From positions 4,019-68,018 of the forward strand of contig JAUCBJ010001668.1 in NCBI GenBank assembly GCA_032718475.1: DNA of 64,000 bases. The letters run 5' to 3'. Below the pieces are notes generated by a model. That model was not told the origin of the DNA. It searched no databases and saw nothing but the letters and a program-made list of their open reading frames with translations. Shown piece by piece: positions 60,780 through 64,000 of this stretch. The translations under genes and the position numbers were made by a program. This DNA is from Nemertoderma westbladi (lineage: Eukaryota > Animalia > Xenacoelomorpha). Within the stretch, counting starts at the first letter, position 1. Each line of letters begins with the position of its first letter.

Positions 60780-60950
60780 AAAACCCAGTAACGTCAGGAT
60801 TCCCATGTCAAAACACAGTAACTAATTTGCCCACACCAAAACCCAGTAAACTAACATTTAACTTTTCCAATCAATTGCCTTTCCTATGCCAAAACCCAGT
60901 AACTGACAAGTCTCCTCGCCAAAACCAGTAACTCTGACTTCCTTCGCCAA
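60780..60950. repeat. Dispersed CAAAACCCAGTAA motifs (probable transposon subterminal repeats)
   Basis: About 5 copies, plus others at ~60538 and ~61605. Confidence 0.55.
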
Positions 60951-61728
60951 GGGTTAGAGAAAACATCACAAATTCAGTCACTCCTGTTTCGCCCATCCTT
61001 CATGCAAGCAGTGGCGTCGCAACATCACCATGCGCCCGCCCCCCTGCAAAATTTAGCTTGTGTGTGTATGCGTACACCCCCTCACGTCTCACCCCCTTAC
61101 ATTAAAAAGTAATCTGAATTTCTAACAATTTGTAACACAGTCTGAATTTCGTTGAAAAATATCTGAGGTATGGGAGTTCGAAAGACTAATTTATCTCACA
61201 AGTAGCTGGGCAAATAAATGGGTTAGGTTTTTTGCGTAGGAATAAAGAAAAACGTTAGATTTTATAATTTTTTGTTAAATAGATTTAATATTTCGTCTCA
61301 ATGGTGTATTATCAATTTTAGGAAAGGAGCAGGTAACTGTGGAACGTTACACTGACCAAAACAATTAGTCAATAGAACAGGTCACTGTTTTATTTTTGGG
61401 AGTAATAAGCTGTCATTTGGGTCGAAAGTTCCCTATCTGCAAAGATCCCTCTAAAGTTCCCTCTATCTGCACAAGCTACAATATCTAAAAAACATAATTT
61501 TCAAAGTTACTACATAGCTCTGGCTATTCCACAGCGAAATTAAGATTATGTTACATATTTGAATTGCATGGACTTTTTGAAAATAACACCAGAAAGGATA
61601 AACGAAACCCAGTAACTAGCATTACTGTGTTTCGACGTGGTATTTGCTCTAAATTAGTTAATTAATTAATTGTTAATACTGCGAGATCGGTTAGTGCTAC
61701 GTTTTCGAAACTGAGTCAGATGAATTCT

Positions 61729-61760
<32 letters not shown>

Positions 61761-61972
61761 ATCGAAAAAAATCTATTTCGAAAAAAATTGACATACTGGG
61801 TTTTGATTTGGAGCTGCGCGCAGTGTAGTTAGTTATCTGGAATGTTAATGGCTCCATTTCTTTTATATAGTATTTTAATTTAATAATGCTCTCCTTCCAT
61901 TTGTGGTATTCGGCCAATATTTAGGCAAGTATTGTACATAACCGTTAGGAGAAACAGATAAGAGGGAGTGCC

Positions 61973-63181
61973 TGTGGGGCGAGCGACGAAAGTAAGCGAA
62001 CTTAGCATACAGGTATCACTAACTCAATCGGTGTGTTTGTTGTTCTGTTGATCTGTTGTGTCAAATTTTAAACGTTAATAACTCAGCCAAATGTTAGTGA
62101 AATTTAACCAAACTTGGTACACATGTAGTCGGGCCAAGATAATAGCAGTTAATTAGGTTGATTAGGGTAAAAACATCAATTTCAACCTGCCTCCTTAAAG
62201 GATATTAATTATTTTCGAGTATAAGATTTAAATAATTATAATTAAAAATTATATAACTGCATTAACCATACCCCATTCCATTATAGTTTTTAATTAGTTC
62301 AAGAGATTTGCTTTAAGAAATGTGTTTTTAATTGATCTAAACGTAATTAAGTTAAAATCCATTCCATCACTCTATACTTCCAGTCTTATTATTCCTTGGC
62401 ATTCTTGATATTGCCTATTAGATTGGAAACACGTTCGTGGGGCCATCGCGCAGGACGAGGCTTAGTTATTAGATACAGATTAAAATTGAGCAATTCTATC
62501 CCAAAATCGGTACTTAAGAAATTTATTAAATAATTAAGAAAATTTAACCACAACCAATTACCCGTTGCCAAGTAGTGCTGAGGTGGTTGGACTATGGTTC
62601 CCAGCGCCAGCAGATAGGCTAGACAATATCTAGCATGCCAATGAATGAGGGAGCTGGAAATATAGAGATACGGTGTCATTTTGATAACTTAATTACTTTA
62701 GATCAATTAAAAACACATTTCTTAAAGCAAATCTCTTGAACTAATTAAAAACTATAATGGAATGGGTTATGGGGAATACAGTTATATAATTTTGAAGTAT
62801 AATTATTTAAATCTTATACTAGAAAATAATTAATATCCTTTAAGAGGCAGGTTGAAATTGCTGATTTTACCCTAATCAACTTAATTAACTAATTAATTGC
62901 TATTCTTAGCTTCTCGAAGGCCACACGGAAATTCATCTTGGAAAATTTCTAAACTTTGGCCAGACTACATGTGTACCAAGTCATTAACATTTGGCTGAGT
63001 TATTAACGTTTAAAATTGGACACAGCAGATCAACAGAACAACAGACACACCGATTGAGTTAGTGGTACCTGTATGCTAAGCTCGCTTACTTTCGTGGCTC
63101 GTCCCACAGAACAACAGACACACCGATTGAGTTAGTGGTACCTGTATGCTAAGCTCGCTTACTTTCGTCGCTCGCCCCACA
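61973..63181. mobile_element. Fold-back element with ~380-bp inverted arms
   Basis: TGTGGGGCGAGCGACGAAAGTAAGCG... (61973-~62350) inverted at ~62690-63181; ~74-bp tandem duplication at the right end; no clear TSD. Confidence 0.75.
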
Positions 63182-64000
63182 TTCCAATCATCCTTCTACT
63201 GAGCTTGCTCTATCTAGCACAATGATTGGCTGAATTTAATGGTGATTCTTTAGATATTAGCTAAATGATTTCGTTGAGGCATTGAAAAATGATAAATTAA
63301 TATTTCAGTATCAATACTATCGGCATAAGGTAAGTTTTAATAATTTTTACAAATTGGGTTGCCTCCGCATATAAAAATATATTTCTTTTAAAACACTAAT
63401 TTCCTGTTAATACCTCTGCCTCTCATTAATCCTTTGTGCTCCCTTGTGGTTGGGGTGGTGCAGATTAAGAGGGCGGTTGAAGCAAGGGGAGAACTTTCAT
63501 CTCTTCTTTGATTTATTCTTATCGGTGGTTTGGTTAAATTTCTTATTTATTTATTTAAATTTCTTAAGTACCGATTTTGGGATAGAATTGCTCAATTTTA
63601 ATCTGTATCTGATAACTGACCCTCGTCCTGCGCGATGGCCCCACGAACGTGCTTAAGGTGCTCGTAGTACAACCGATCTGGGCCACATGCAAGCGCCCAT
63701 GACAATAGCATACATGGAGCCCATTGTTTTATTGTTTTAATATTCTCTAGCATTGACGCATTTCTTTTCCTTAGTGAGTTTAATCTGAGAGACTTCCTTT
63801 TGGATCCTGAAAAACCCCTCATGATATTCCATAAGTGATAAACAATCATATTGCAGTCAGCGCAGTTTAATATCAAAGACCCTTTATTATGAAAAGTATA
63901 TCTAGAGAAAGAGATTGCTGAGTAGATTTATATAATTTCATTAACAAATGCAATTAACTACTTAAAGTTATGATTAAAGCTACTGCAGAGTTTAATTAAT

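Overview
AT-rich, repeat-dense eukaryotic (probably invertebrate animal) genomic window with no prokaryotic operon structure. The largest feature is a full-length 18.8-kb Polinton/Maverick (adintovirus-like endogenous virus, 17542-36359). It has 315-bp TIRs starting AGTAGT and a 6-bp TSD (TCCACC), and it sits inside a coding exon of a host trypsin-like serine protease gene. It carries the usual core genes (pPolB with an endonuclease-VII/HNH insert, integrase, A32-like ATPase, major capsid, two minor capsids, adenain), several with stops or frameshifts. It also carries unusual intact accessory ORFs: a TATA-binding-protein-like gene overlapping the polymerase, a PC4-like gene and a RING protein. 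The second notable element is a 4.66-kb IS3EU-type DNA transposon (4635-9291, TSD CAGGAC) with an intronless, open alpha-kinase gene convergent to its transposase. The remainder is host serine-protease exons, a local segmental duplication, piggyBac-type MITEs and decayed Kolobok, piggyBac, hAT-like, Harbinger, Tc1/mariner, Penelope and LINE fragments. All family calls come from recognising motifs by eye; no database searches were run.
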